Assembly (NCBI GenBank): GCA_051294905.1
Contig: CM119372.1
Location: forward strand, 5,208,001 to 5,241,000
DNA length: 33,000 bases
Reading direction: 5' to 3'
DNA from: Botryllus schlosseri
Lineage: Eukaryota
The position numbers were made by a program, and so were the translations under genes. The notes below the pieces were generated by a model that saw nothing but the letters and a program-made list of their open reading frames with translations, ran no database searches and was not told the DNA's origin. Each line of letters starts with the position of its first letter. Positions within the stretch are counted from its first letter, which is position 1. Of the stretch, positions 1-12,200 are shown piece after piece.

Positions 1-289
1 AAACTGCGTCGTTATATGGACGTCGCCATGTCTTCCGTTCTCTTTGATCAATCAACGTATCGTACAATCCAAGATTTCGAGTTGGGTACATCCAATTCGC
101 GATTGATATTGGTCTCCGGCGCGACAGCAACTCAAATTTGAGGATTTTGAAAAAAGGGGTAAGAGCCCCTAAACCTGAAGACGGCATTGTCTTTACCTCT
201 CAAAGACACGTTTATACCGTTAAACAATTTTTACGTCATTTTTTTAAACTGAATGTTATAAAACACCATTTGTCTTAAATGCAACCCTA
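1..289 (-). mobile_element. Partial hAT-type MITE end (related to the element at 12180-12616); true extent unknown
   Basis: Reverse complement from 289 reads TAGGGTTGCATTTAAGACAAATGGTGTTTTATAACA, closely matching the left end TAGGGTTGCATTCAAAACAAACGGTGTTTTAAAACA at 12180. The other end is not identified in the window. Confidence 0.6.
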
Positions 290-527
290 TTCATATGTCC
301 GCGGACCGCTCCATGTATGCTAAAGGTTGCCCACCACTGACTGACTAGGATGACGCTATACGTATAACGCACCGCACGATAATCAGACGGATGACACATG
401 GATAATTCCGTCAACCCGCATATCCAATGCCCTGAGAATATTTACTATACCATAGACTGCTACCGTTACTGTATTCATGTTAATATCCTAGTACTACTAA
501 AAACAATCCTAACAACCATGTTAATAC

Positions 528-1035
528 TAGGGCTGGGCATAATGATTCGAGTACTCGATTCTGAATCGAGTATTACTTTTAATGATTCGAGTCGAGTAGT
601 AAAATACGATTTTTTCGAGTACTGAAATTATACGCTTCTCGCCACTGAAAGCTAATTTATCAACGAGAATTATAGTTCCAATACTAATTTTCACTGTTGA
701 AGCCTTGAAACCTTGATCGGCGGTATCGTAACATATTGTACAAAGCTACGAAGATTACTGCACATAACACATTTCCGAAGTCATGATTGTCCCACAACAT
801 TGTCACCAAGTGGAATTAAATCGGTATGGTCGGAAAAATACCAAAGTAATATTTATGAGATGGATAACAGGCCTTACATGCTTTTTGGTGGCATAAAAGG
901 TACATATTTGAACTTTGACGTTTCACATTCTGATATGACGTTATAATGGGTGATACTCGATTACTCGACTCGACTCGAAGCATATTACATGATTCAGAAT
1001 CAAATCACTCAGGTACTCGATTTTGCCCAGCCCTA
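528..1035. mobile_element. hAT-superfamily MITE (508 bp)
   Basis: TIR TAGGGCTGGGCA...TGCCCAGCCCTA, perfect 8-bp TSD GTTAATAC (520-527, 1036-1043), and subterminal (A)CTCGA/TCGAGT repeats at both ends. Confidence 0.9.
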
Positions 1036-3269
1036 GTTAATACCACATTGGCGAATCCTTAACATAGGGCATTGTTGAGAATTGAGCGTCTTCTGAGCTA
1101 ATCGCACACGGGTAGTCCGAACGTATGAGGGTATACGAACGTATCGATGGCGATAGTCACTGTAATTTTAATTGTGCGTAAAAAGTAAGGATGGCTTTAC
1201 AACTGAGAACGCAACTTCGTTATGCTTCACAGTACCAGTACAGTAAACCTAAGAGACGCGTCAGGAGTCATCTTATAAAGACACATAAACTATTTCGAGA
1301 AACATAGTCCGTATATCCATTTATTTGCGCAATCCGGCAAATGAGAGATAATCTCTTTCGATTACTTATGTCGATGGAAACATCTCGTAGTCTAATTAGC
1401 TATAATTACAAATGAACTTTAGTTGCGTGCCAGCGTGATATTTGTTTTAACTTCCACATCATATCCGTCGAAAGGAAATCACAAACCATCTTTAATTGTG
1501 TTTCAAATGAAACTTATCACATCTTCAATAAACGCGTGATAGTGTGTGGACTGTGAAGATTCAAGTTGATTGATTGATTGAAGTGCTATAAATCGCCTTT
1601 GCGTGGAATGCGGATAGATGAACTAGAACGGCGCGAAAGGTGCTCTGATATGAATGGGATTTGCGCGCGCGTCCAAATGAGGCATGAATGGAGAATTTGA
1701 AACCACCAGCAAATGACGAACATCACTAGAGTTTCAAATCGGTATGAGTAGAAACTTGAAACATTCATCCCATGATACGAAAACAGTTCGATTTCCGCCA
1801 CTCTACCAGCTATAGCTACAGCACCTAGCGATCGCGTGGAATCTCATGACAAACGATGATGCGACAAATGTTGAAACATCACAACTTGACGTAACGCATG
1901 TTTATCGTGAATATTTCCAGCAAGACATTCCAACATGAAGAACTCCCCACGACTCGTGCAAACGATTTCTAAAGTATGACATGAGCCACATCCGTCGACG
2001 TAAGAGGACCAAGTCTTTCCAACTAGACCTATTGATTTTGAAATAACGAATGCGCTGATCCAACGTGTTGGTCTTTTCATTCCCAGATTAAATCTCGTAA
2101 GTACAACAGGATGTTTGCAAACTATGCAAATCCATAAGAAACGCTCGTAAGATAACTATAATTATCAGAAGAAGGTTGGTAGGTAAGCGGTATAGCATGT
2201 GTGTTACTCTCTTGACAACAGGATATGTTGTACCAACCCGAATGTAAAAGCAGATAGCAACTGTACGTTTTACGATTCGTTCTGCGATTGGGTAGCTAAC
2301 GAAATCATTGTCCATATTATGCTTATTGCACCTTTAAAGTTTACAATAGTTTACAAAATACTTATATCGTCGGCCATGTAACAAGCGGCGGGTATCACCA
2401 ACAGATAATCAAAGAATATCGACTGCGATAATATAAAAGTACACCAAAGCGCACTGCACACAATGTTTACAATTCAACACCAAAGCCTATTGAGGGGTAA
2501 ATTACGTAATAGAGGAAATAAATGTGATCAATGACTCTTCGTAAATTCATGTGCCCGAGGCATCTCACGCAGGTTATAGAAATTTACGGCGATGAGTCTG
2601 TATAAAGGATGCGAGTCCCTTAACACGAACCAAAAGTCCCGTATCGCTATATTTATCGCGTAATCACGATCATAGAACATGATGAAACTCAACCCATATT
2701 CAGTGGATAGAGGACAAGTAGTTCATAGCAGGAATCAGAATTGTGAGACTACCGTCGACCTAATCCTATCGGACGGTAAATTGTTAAATAACCGGATGTA
2801 TTGACATAAGACTCCGTTGACAGACACGATAGGTAGACGCTTTCACATACTTCGGTAAGGAGTAGAGACGCGGCTTTCTGATACAGCAATGGAGAAACCG
2901 AAACCGAATACTACAAAATGATGACTATATGATCCAATAAAGTTTATGAGGTTTCGACGCTCAGTTTTAACAAACTGACGTAGGTTTGGAATAATTGTAG
3001 TAATTGAAGTAATTGAAAGATTAATCTGATCATGCTTAAAGGACAGGAAGAGAGTATATTTTATGAAGACTTAGACCGCAAGCGTGGTAATATGGATGTT
3101 CGCAGAGACGGGTGTCGTAGGCAGATAGTTAATGTCGGTGTGCAGTTTTAATGATGTGTGTTCTTGTTGAATTACCGAGATTTATGAATTATTTCACGAT
3201 ATCAGGTATTTTACCGACTAATAGGTCAATAAACTACAATAAATCATTATTACCACATAAGGATTGACG

Positions 3270-6200
3270 ATGAGGATACTCAATAAATCCTCACTTCAAA
3301 CGTAAGTTCCTAATTACGCACCTTCTGCAGAATAACACCTATCTACCTTCGATTACATTTACAGCATCGTTACTTTTCTACTCGTTGGTTGTTCTTTTGG
3401 CCAAGACGATGAGCCATGCATGGATAACCCCGAAATGACATGGTGTGGCACTCAGAAAATGCATTGCAGTCTGCCATTCATGATGAAGAACTGTCGCAAG
3501 ACGTGCGAGATTTGTTCTACTGAGAATTCAACTGGTATTTACATCTCACCTACTTGATACAACTGCTCTCAAGCTTTACTGCCTTACGAAAATAATTCAC
3601 TTTCGAGGCAAACTCGTTTTAAAGTTCGACTGTATCGGGTAGGACCTATCGCAGATCTTACTCATTTTGGCTATGATGATAATTTAGAGTCGGATTCGGC
3701 AGTTTTAAATCAGTTCCATTATCGTTACTCCCGATCCGATGACTTTCACGCAGGCGCAAATGACATTTTTCCAATCCGTTTCCTTATCTTGCACAGATTG
3801 TAGATCTTTGAATTGTGACCACATTTGCTTCTCCTCGGAGGGCGATGCCCACAGGTGTATCTGTAGAGTTGGGTATGAGCTGCTGGAAGACGGGAGGACG
3901 TGTCGAGGTATGAATTACATTTAATACGAATGAAATGTAATTATATAAATATGAGATAAACGCGTTTGGAAAGAGCAGGCAAACCATCTGAGATGTCTAA
4001 CCATAGCTGAGCGTCATAGGCGCAGAGCAGTCAATTTGTAAGTGTCCTGTTTAATACTCTCGTGTCGCTTCGCCTGAGTGATTAATGATGTGTGGTTGTG
4101 CATAGGGGTCTTCAAAATTGACTTTTTTTAAAAATCGTACTGGCTATTTGATAAAATTGTTAGGTTACCTAATTTAAGCCTGCACGCCAAATTGGGTTCA
4201 ATTCCAACCAGTAGCCGCATTGCTACAGGAGAAGAAAGTTTCTATTTATTATATAAGAGCAAATAACCAAAAATTTGAAAATTTTCTGTTCACCCCATGA
4301 AAGTGTTGGGTTGTCTATAGAAACGATGTTCACCAAATTCGATTCAATTCCAACCAGTGGAAGCGGAGTTATTGCCGTCGAAAAATTTGGATTTAAATAA
4401 AATAGTATTTACGGTGGGCACCATTATAATAAATAACTAAAGAATTGGTCACCGTAAACACTATTTTATTCATAATCCAAATTTTTCGACGGCAAAATCT
4501 CCGTTTCCACTGGTTGGAATTGAACCAAATTTGGTGAACATCGTTTCTATGGACAACCTAACACTTTCATAGGGCGAACAGAAAATTTTCAAACTTTTTG
4601 TTATTTATTTTTATATAATAGAAACCATCTTTTCCTGTAGCAATGCGGCTACTGGTTGGAATTGAACCAAATTTGGTGTGTAGGCTTAAATTAGGTAACC
4701 TAACAATTTTATCAAGTAGCCAGTACCGTTTGAGAAAAAACTCATTTTTGATGACCCCTATTGTGCAATTATCCATCTAACGAGCCGTTAAATGGTTCAA
4801 ATAAGTATCAGTGCATTATGCGAATATAGTGATAATTTATTCAATCCGCACAACTGCCGGCAAGGTTGTGCTGATACATGCCCAACGAAATGTCAGGGAT
4901 GCCCGGTAAATATTGTGGGCGTGCGCCAGCAGCGTATGCCATGTACGGCGTAAGCTATGCCATGTAATTATAGTGGGTATGGGCATACCAAGAGTGTAGT
5001 GGGTTATTTTTAGTATACTACAGTACACTGTTGATATTGATTTAGAATAATATTCGTCACCATCTTAATTTAGCCTATTTTCATAAAAACAATATGGATT
5101 ATGAGCAAATTTGCCAGATTTTTAAAGTCAAAGTGCTGTCTCAAAATGGTGGCCTTTGGAAAATTAATCCAGTACCTATAAATATATATTCCTTTCCACT
5201 CCATAAATGATTGAAATAATCTGAGTCGTGTAATGGTAATCTACTAATGACATTTTACGATGTCCTTTGGTATATTATGGTTGCCCGACATATGAGCATG
5301 CGACACAATGGAAAACGACAGTTCAGCATGTAACACATCAGCATGCGTCACTTCAGCATGTGACTGTATAACCCAAAAACTTACCCTAACCCGAAACATA
5401 GCCTAACCTAACCTAACCTAGCCTAACCTAACCTAAGCCCTAACCCTAACCCAACCATAAACCTAACCTAACCTAGCCCTAACCCGTAATTTAACCCACA
5501 TGCTCATGTGTCGCATGTCAAATTGTCGCATGCCGAAGCGTCGCATGCTGTAATGTCGCATGCTCATATGTCCACGGACCGTATATTATAATTACACAAT
5601 TTATGAATCAAATTTGCCCCCGCAACATGGCTTACCGTTTCGGTAAATTATTTCTCAAACCATTACGAAAGGCGTGGCATTCACGCTCTTGCGCATAAAT
5701 TCGGAACAGAACCGGCCAACAAAAAGATTGAATCCTACCACCCTGCTTACAGCCGCGTTTGTTAAAACGCTTTCAATCATTATTGCATTGTAGATAAAGA
5801 TGAGTGCGAAACTGAATCGCCTTGTCCCGGAGAAAATTGCATCAATACGGAGGGATCGTATCGTTGCGAGGGAAAATGTGGATCGAATCAACTAGAATAC
5901 TACAAAGACACAGAATGCTGTGAAGTATCTAAAGGTGCATTACAATCCTTATTTTGCGAGGCCTATATTTACTATGCACAACCAGTTGTACCTTCTAGTA
6001 TGGACCGAACCCATCAATTCTCTACTGCACAGCCCATATCATTGCATACAGGCCTATATATGAGAATATAAGGGTACAAGCTGACTTCGTGACCTATAAT
6101 GGTCGTATTGCTGGACACCATTCCATCGGATTATTTCTCATATTTTTGAAATAAACTTCTGTCCAACTGTTTTCATCTACCAGCGTATAATAAACGTGGA

Positions 6201-9200
6201 TTTACTGCTGCTTTGGGTGCATTCTTCCCAAGTATGGAGTTTGGGTTGTTGGGCGTAGCGTAATCATGTGATTATTACACCGTGATAAGAAAAGTTGTAA
6301 TGACTGTTCAGTGTTCATGTGTAAAATGAACTAAATTCCCACCCGTAACGATGATACCGATCTATTTAGAAAGTTTCCATCGCGGTCCTTAACAGTTCTG
6401 GATACGAACAGAATGATTTACCGCAAATTAATAATTTCCAGGCGGTTCCTGCGGCATTAATTCTGAAAACGGTGGCCCAGAAGCCAGAGGAAAAAAGGCT
6501 ATAATCACCAGATGGCCGTGGATGGTGAGACCAAGACAACGACGCATTCATTTGTACACCATAACACATATACCTAAAAACACTTTCAGACTCTAATTGT
6601 AGTTGAATCGTCACATAAAGACTGCGCAGGGGTATTGGTCGATAGTTCCTGGGTTTTAGTAGCTGCTCATTGTGTTAGGTAAGAAACCGCGACACGACAT
6701 AAAGCAATGCATGATTGGTACTAACCTACGCATTTGTCAACAGAGGGGCGAGAACAGATGATGTGACGCTTTTGTTCGGGATCGCAGCAGACGATCTGCA
6801 CCATTCACTCAACGAGAACTTTCAAGAGCGGAATGCTGAAGCGGTAATGTATTAATCACTATAATAAAATCTGTAGACTCACTAGGGTTTACTGTCATGA
6901 CATTTTAGCCTATGCGTTAGCCCACTTCGTCAATGACAATAGCTCGTACTGTGAACACTGAACAGGTTACCAGCGTACTGTATATTGATTGAATGTCGGA
7001 GATAGTCAGACAGGAATTATCGGGAAGTTGGAGAGGTAGGCTTGACTGGACGAGCCTAAAAACGGTTACGCGTGCATGCAATACACTGACGGCTACGCGG
7101 TCACGACCAAAAAGGGTATAATCACATTATAGCTAAGTTCATATAGCGCAAAATTAAACGTCATGAGATCACACCCTATGAACTTGAGTCAGTCATGAAA
7201 TTCAAGTTTCTTCAATCGCTTCAGAGTCAATTATAATGGAAATTGGAAATGCTGTTGAATTGTAATCTTGTAATTCTCGCTGTGTCGAAGTTTCCATGAG
7301 ACTCATATGCCTATCCTCATATTCGATACCTTATATCTAAGTAAGCTACACCACTTTCCCAAACGATGATTGATTGTGCAAGCTTACCCTATTATCCAGC
7401 TTGATCACCACTCGCCTTAGTCACCAGTAGCAGATGCAGATTATAGCAGAGTTGCACTTCGGTGACATGAGATGACGTACAGCCGTGATCCCGCCAACCA
7501 CAATTATTACGCCATAATTACGTTTACTGTGTCCAAACTCCAAATGCAACAAAACTCGACTGGTAACGAGAGTACATTAATGATTATGATATATACCACT
7601 GTAATCACGCTTCGTTGGAACGATGTGGTGTTTCTTGCGTTTCAGATACACATCCACCCAAATTATCAACGTGAAGGTTATCGTCACAACGTTGCTCTAA
7701 TCAAGCTCAATAGAGACGTGGAGCTCACCAACTTCGTGCGACCTAATTGCTTGCCACACGGAGAGGAGCCAAATATCGATAAAAGATGTTGGGCGTTAGG
7801 TTATGCCAAATCACCAGGTACACGTTCATTAAAATTTGACACGGTATACAAGCAATGGCCAACTCATTTTGTATTGCATACTTTATTATCCTATCACAGA
7901 TAAAGTGTATCGTGGTGTTGTAAGAAAATAACTATTTAGGGTTTGGGAAATCCTAACTATTCTACACTATCCACTGTCGTTCGGCTTGCAGCCTTTGTAG
8001 TAGGGCCCTTGTGACAAACTCCTGAAGCAAAAACTCGAGAACTGCTGGGGAGCCACTGGCTTCACCTATTTTCGATGTGGAGCAACCAAAATTATATACA
8101 CCTGACGTACTTCGACATTCATTTCGATCAACGTCGAATATAGGTTTGGTCAAACTGTAGGCCTATCCACGACCTAAGCCACGGGACAATTATCCAACCT
8201 GCTCCTCGGCGTCTTAATAGGGCTACTCTGCAATCATGGACGGATGCCCCTACCCGTATTTCCAATACAATATAAAATTATTACCATAATCAATGCGAAA
8301 ATTACCACAGTCAGCAAGTTCCGTGACTCGCGACGAACTCTTCATGAGGAGACAGTGTACATTTCCGCACCGAAAGATTGTGGAGATATGGATAACGGAA
8401 TATGCATTTCCCACAAAACGCCTGGATCAGTGGGAGATTGCCAAGGTCAGACAAAGCCGCCAATGTATCAGAGATATAGCGAAAGAGTCATTTTATGTGA
8501 ATTTGAATCCAAAAAGTGTTTTAGAAACAGTATTCCGGTTTGGACTGCCAAGTTCAGATGTGGTCAGTAACTCCATTTTCGGAGAACTCTAGTACAGTAC
8601 TTGCTCAAGCATATTTGTTTTTATACTACTTCCACTTGCACTACTTAAAGGTTTTTGAAGCAAAACTAATAAACTTTTTACAACTTATATAGTTTTCGAG
8701 TGGGTTTGCATCACAACTATTAGAGAAATTAACGTAACAACATGAGTAAGTAGACCCTTTACCTCGTCAACTGGATATATTTTCCAAAAATCTGCTAATT
8801 TTAGTGACATTTGTCATTTTGAATCAGCCGCAAAGATATATTTTGCAATTTCGAAAAGAACACACACGCAATTGTCCACTGAAAGTAGCCTATGCTAAGC
8901 CAAAAATCTTCGTCCCTTATACAATATATATCAACTATATATTTATCGACTGCGAAATGTTGATTTTTAGGATCAACAGGTGGACCCTTGGTATGTCAAA
9001 GATGTTCATCGTGCGAGTGGTACGTGGCGGGATTGCGAACAACAGAAGGGCAGAGCTGCGCGTTTCGAAACGAATTAAAGTCTAATTTTACAAAATCGTC
9101 CGATTATGAAGTATGGATGAGGGAGACAATGGGATTGGCCGGCCTTCGATCTGCGATTGAGCCGTCATGTAAACCTCAAAGACGATGTAAGTTATGCAGC

Positions 9201-12200
9201 TATATCCGGGCATCAGAGCTCACAGTTACTCTGCGTCACAACCGTACCTAAGTCGTGTGGTCAACAAAGTGTTATGCGAAGGGGGGGGAGGGGATGTATA
9301 ACACCTAACACTATCAAAAATCCCACCAAGTATAACACCTATATCAATACGTCGCATGTTTAATTCCCGCCGATTACACATCGTCTTCTCTTTTAATTAT
9401 ATTTATATGTCCCGCCGTTCTTCAGTTGGCGTTTGGAATTCTTGGGGATCATGGAGTGCTTGTTCCGTTTCTTGCGGAAATGGTACATCGCATCGCACAC
9501 GTACCTGCAGAGGTGCTAAGCGGGGTACAATTGGTTGTTTGGGAGACAGCAAGTCTACCAGAATATGTCGACGGCGTTCTTGCAAGACCGGTGAGTGTAT
9601 AACTACATGTGTGTGTTATTGGCGATTGAGCTGTAATCCCGTGCATTTGCTCGCAATATCGAGTATTACTGCAATTAATGGTGAGCTCGTTTAATTGGAT
9701 TGAGCGCATAACATCGAGTGGTTTTTATGCCAGTTTTATGCGATTGGTATTCCGATATCACGTATCAAATGCAATTATTGAATTCGGAACCCTGGAAAAA
9801 TTCTGCGATAGAGATTGTCAAATTCCAACTACGTCGTAATTGGTCAAATGAATCACGGCAAAGTGATATTATTCATTCGCTAAATATCACGAAATGATAT
9901 AACATCTCAACCAACGGGTCGGATTTACCTTCCCATCTATTTACGACAAGCTATTGAAATGAGTTTAGTTGTTACTAAGCAATGAAATGTGATTCTTGAG
10001 GCGTAATCCGGCAATAATTCGGGTATGTGTTGAATGTCTGGTGCAATCTTTGCCCTCCGTTTAGAGATCGTAAAATTGAATTGAATCTTTCCACTGGTCC
10101 ATACACATGCTAAATCGATTATATTACTTATGATGTTATTCCTCGGCAATATATGCGTAGCGCCAGACGGCCTGCAGCTTGTTCAATATTCAGGTGTGTG
10201 GCTCCGAACCCGCCTACTAGAACTTGTACGTAGCATTCTTGTGTATCATTTTGTGATTGTTCAGCGCAACATACCATATTTCTTACGACATGCCTATCCG
10301 ATATGTTCATATTATGCACGTGCACGGGTGTTCTTAATTGACAGGAACTGATTTGACAAAGTATCAATTCGCTTGGTGACAGTGTTAATAGCCATATTCA
10401 GTGTAGTTAACCTCATGTAAGGGTGATGAGTAGAGCAGGTATGGTACAACGCGATAATGTCAATCGCGAGTATAGAATGCAAGTATCTGCATGTATCCTG
10501 CGGTTAACGTTCAGTCCTTAATGTTGCAGAAGAAACTAAGAATTCAGAATGGGGAGAATGGAGCCAGTGCAGCTCCACTTGCGGGAACGGAACCAGGCGA
10601 CGTTTTCGGTCATGTAAAGTCAGAGATTCAGGAAAACCTTGCCGAGGAAAGGACAAGGATGAAGAGGTATAGCAGGAATATTCAACTTTATGTCAAATTT
10701 TGAATATCAGTTAGAGGCTTTCCTTTTGCTTTCAGAAGTGTAATACCCGTCCTTGTCCGAAATGGAGTAGGTGGTCGCAGTGGGGGCCGTGCAGCGTAAC
10801 TTGCGGCCGAGGAAAAAGGGTATCGACTAGGGCGTGTGCGAATGGGGAATCGGGTCAGGCTGGATGCCGAGGCAGAGTGCAGAGAGCGCAAAACTGTCGA
10901 AAACGTAAGTCCCGAATGTTATAAAGCCAGTACCTCTACCTGGATTGAGGAAGAGATTGTTTGTTTTGGAAGGAAACTGTCCTGATTGGAGTAACTGGAG
11001 TTCGTGGTCGAGTTGCTCTGTTTCCTGCGGTGCGGGAGTTAGGTCGAGCGAAAGGAGATGTATATTTAGAAATTCCAAAGCGAGTGGGTGCCGTGGGAAT
11101 TCTACCAGGACCAAAATATGCAATGAAAAGGATTGCGAAGGTGATATTGCAAGATGAGAACAGCATAAGCATAAATAAGTAAATATATATATAAATTTCG
11201 CAATAGTTGCTTATCTAGCATATATTGTAAATCCAACAATATCACGTGCAGTTCAAAGACAATTTCATCATTCTTTGTTTTAATGAAATGATGAAAACAG
11301 AAAGCGGTCTATCGTCGCGAAAGACTTTCACTATCATAGCCGCGTGATCTCATCATAAATAAATCATCACTCTCCAGAGACTTGTGGCACTCCATACCAA
11401 ACACTTTCCTTGAGAAAACTTGCCCTTAAACCTTAATCCTTTGCATATTTCGGTTCAGATTGTAGCGAATGGTCGCCTTGGTCAGACTGCAGCGCATCAT
11501 GCGGCGACGGAACGCAGCAGAGATCCAGAAAGTGCTCGCGATTTTCACTTCAAGAAAAAACGAAAGAAAGGACCTGTCATTCTGGTGTTTGCCCCTTATT
11601 CTGGTCCGAATGGTCGGATTGGTCCGCATGCAGCGTAACCTGCGGCCGAGGCGAACGATCGAGAAGACGGCAATGTGACGGTGGCGATGACTCGAGATGC
11701 GAAGGTTCTTCGGTCGAAAGAGAACCGTGCGATAAGATCAAATGCCGAACACAAGAATGGAGTGACTGGGGCCCTTGGAGTCAGTGCGATACAAATTGTG
11801 GCAATGGATTGCAGACAAGAGAAAGGTTTGCTAGACTTTTGCAATTAATCATCGTAATACGATTTGCCCCTGAAATCCTCGCGTGTAAACACTGGACGAA
11901 TGCATATGGAGTCCTATATATCCCAAGCACTATACATAATTTTTATATCTTTGGTGATTCCATTTGTACGCATCTCCCAGAAAAGATACACTCACTTTCA
12001 GCATGACATATTCACCCCATTCTAAACAAATATGTGGGATCTAAATATTTTCTGCCTCTGATGGGATACATTATTAGCTCACAATAAAGACGTTTACTTC
12101 TGAATTCATGTGAGAAGACAAAACCTCAATGCATAAAATTTAAAGGAGATTATGAGATAGCAACTACATGCAATACCGTTAGGGTTGCATTCAAAACAAA

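Larger units (their letters stand above)
3797..5934 (+). other. Gene A exons 3-4: EGF-like and calcium-binding EGF-like domains
   Basis: Exon 3797-3907 encodes DCRSLNCDHICFSSEGDAHRCICRVGYELLEDGRTCR. Exon 5794-5934 encodes DKDECETESPCPGENCINTEGSYRC, matching the D-x-D-E-C and C-x-N-T-x-G-S-Y-x-C cbEGF consensus. Both are phase 1-1 exons. Confidence 0.85.

Noticed and set aside
528-1035. Short interspersed CTCGA/TCGAG and TACTTGAGTA repeats (also 26862-27025) resembling a CRISPR-like array
   Set aside because: Irregular spacing, no constant repeat-spacer period, eukaryotic context, and bounded by TIRs/TSDs; these are transposase-binding subterminal repeats.
398-3200. Short ORFs of 60-80 aa in the first 3 kb, plus a GTAAGT-ended frame near 2020-2096
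   Set aside because: No domain motifs or consistent exon chain; ORF 713-946 lies inside the 528-1035 MITE. Treated as intergenic.
3302-3330. Alternative 29-nt first intron of gene A (GTAAGT...CTGCAG)
   Set aside because: It is far below the 63-79 nt short-intron class here and puts exon 2 out of frame; the acceptor at 3364 restores the signal peptide.
8446-8570. Read-through of ORF 8244-8570 giving CQGQTKPP as the catalytic motif
   Set aside because: The phase-matched exon 8971-9186 supplies a much better GSTGGPLVC...WYVAG continuation, so 8446-8970 is an intron.
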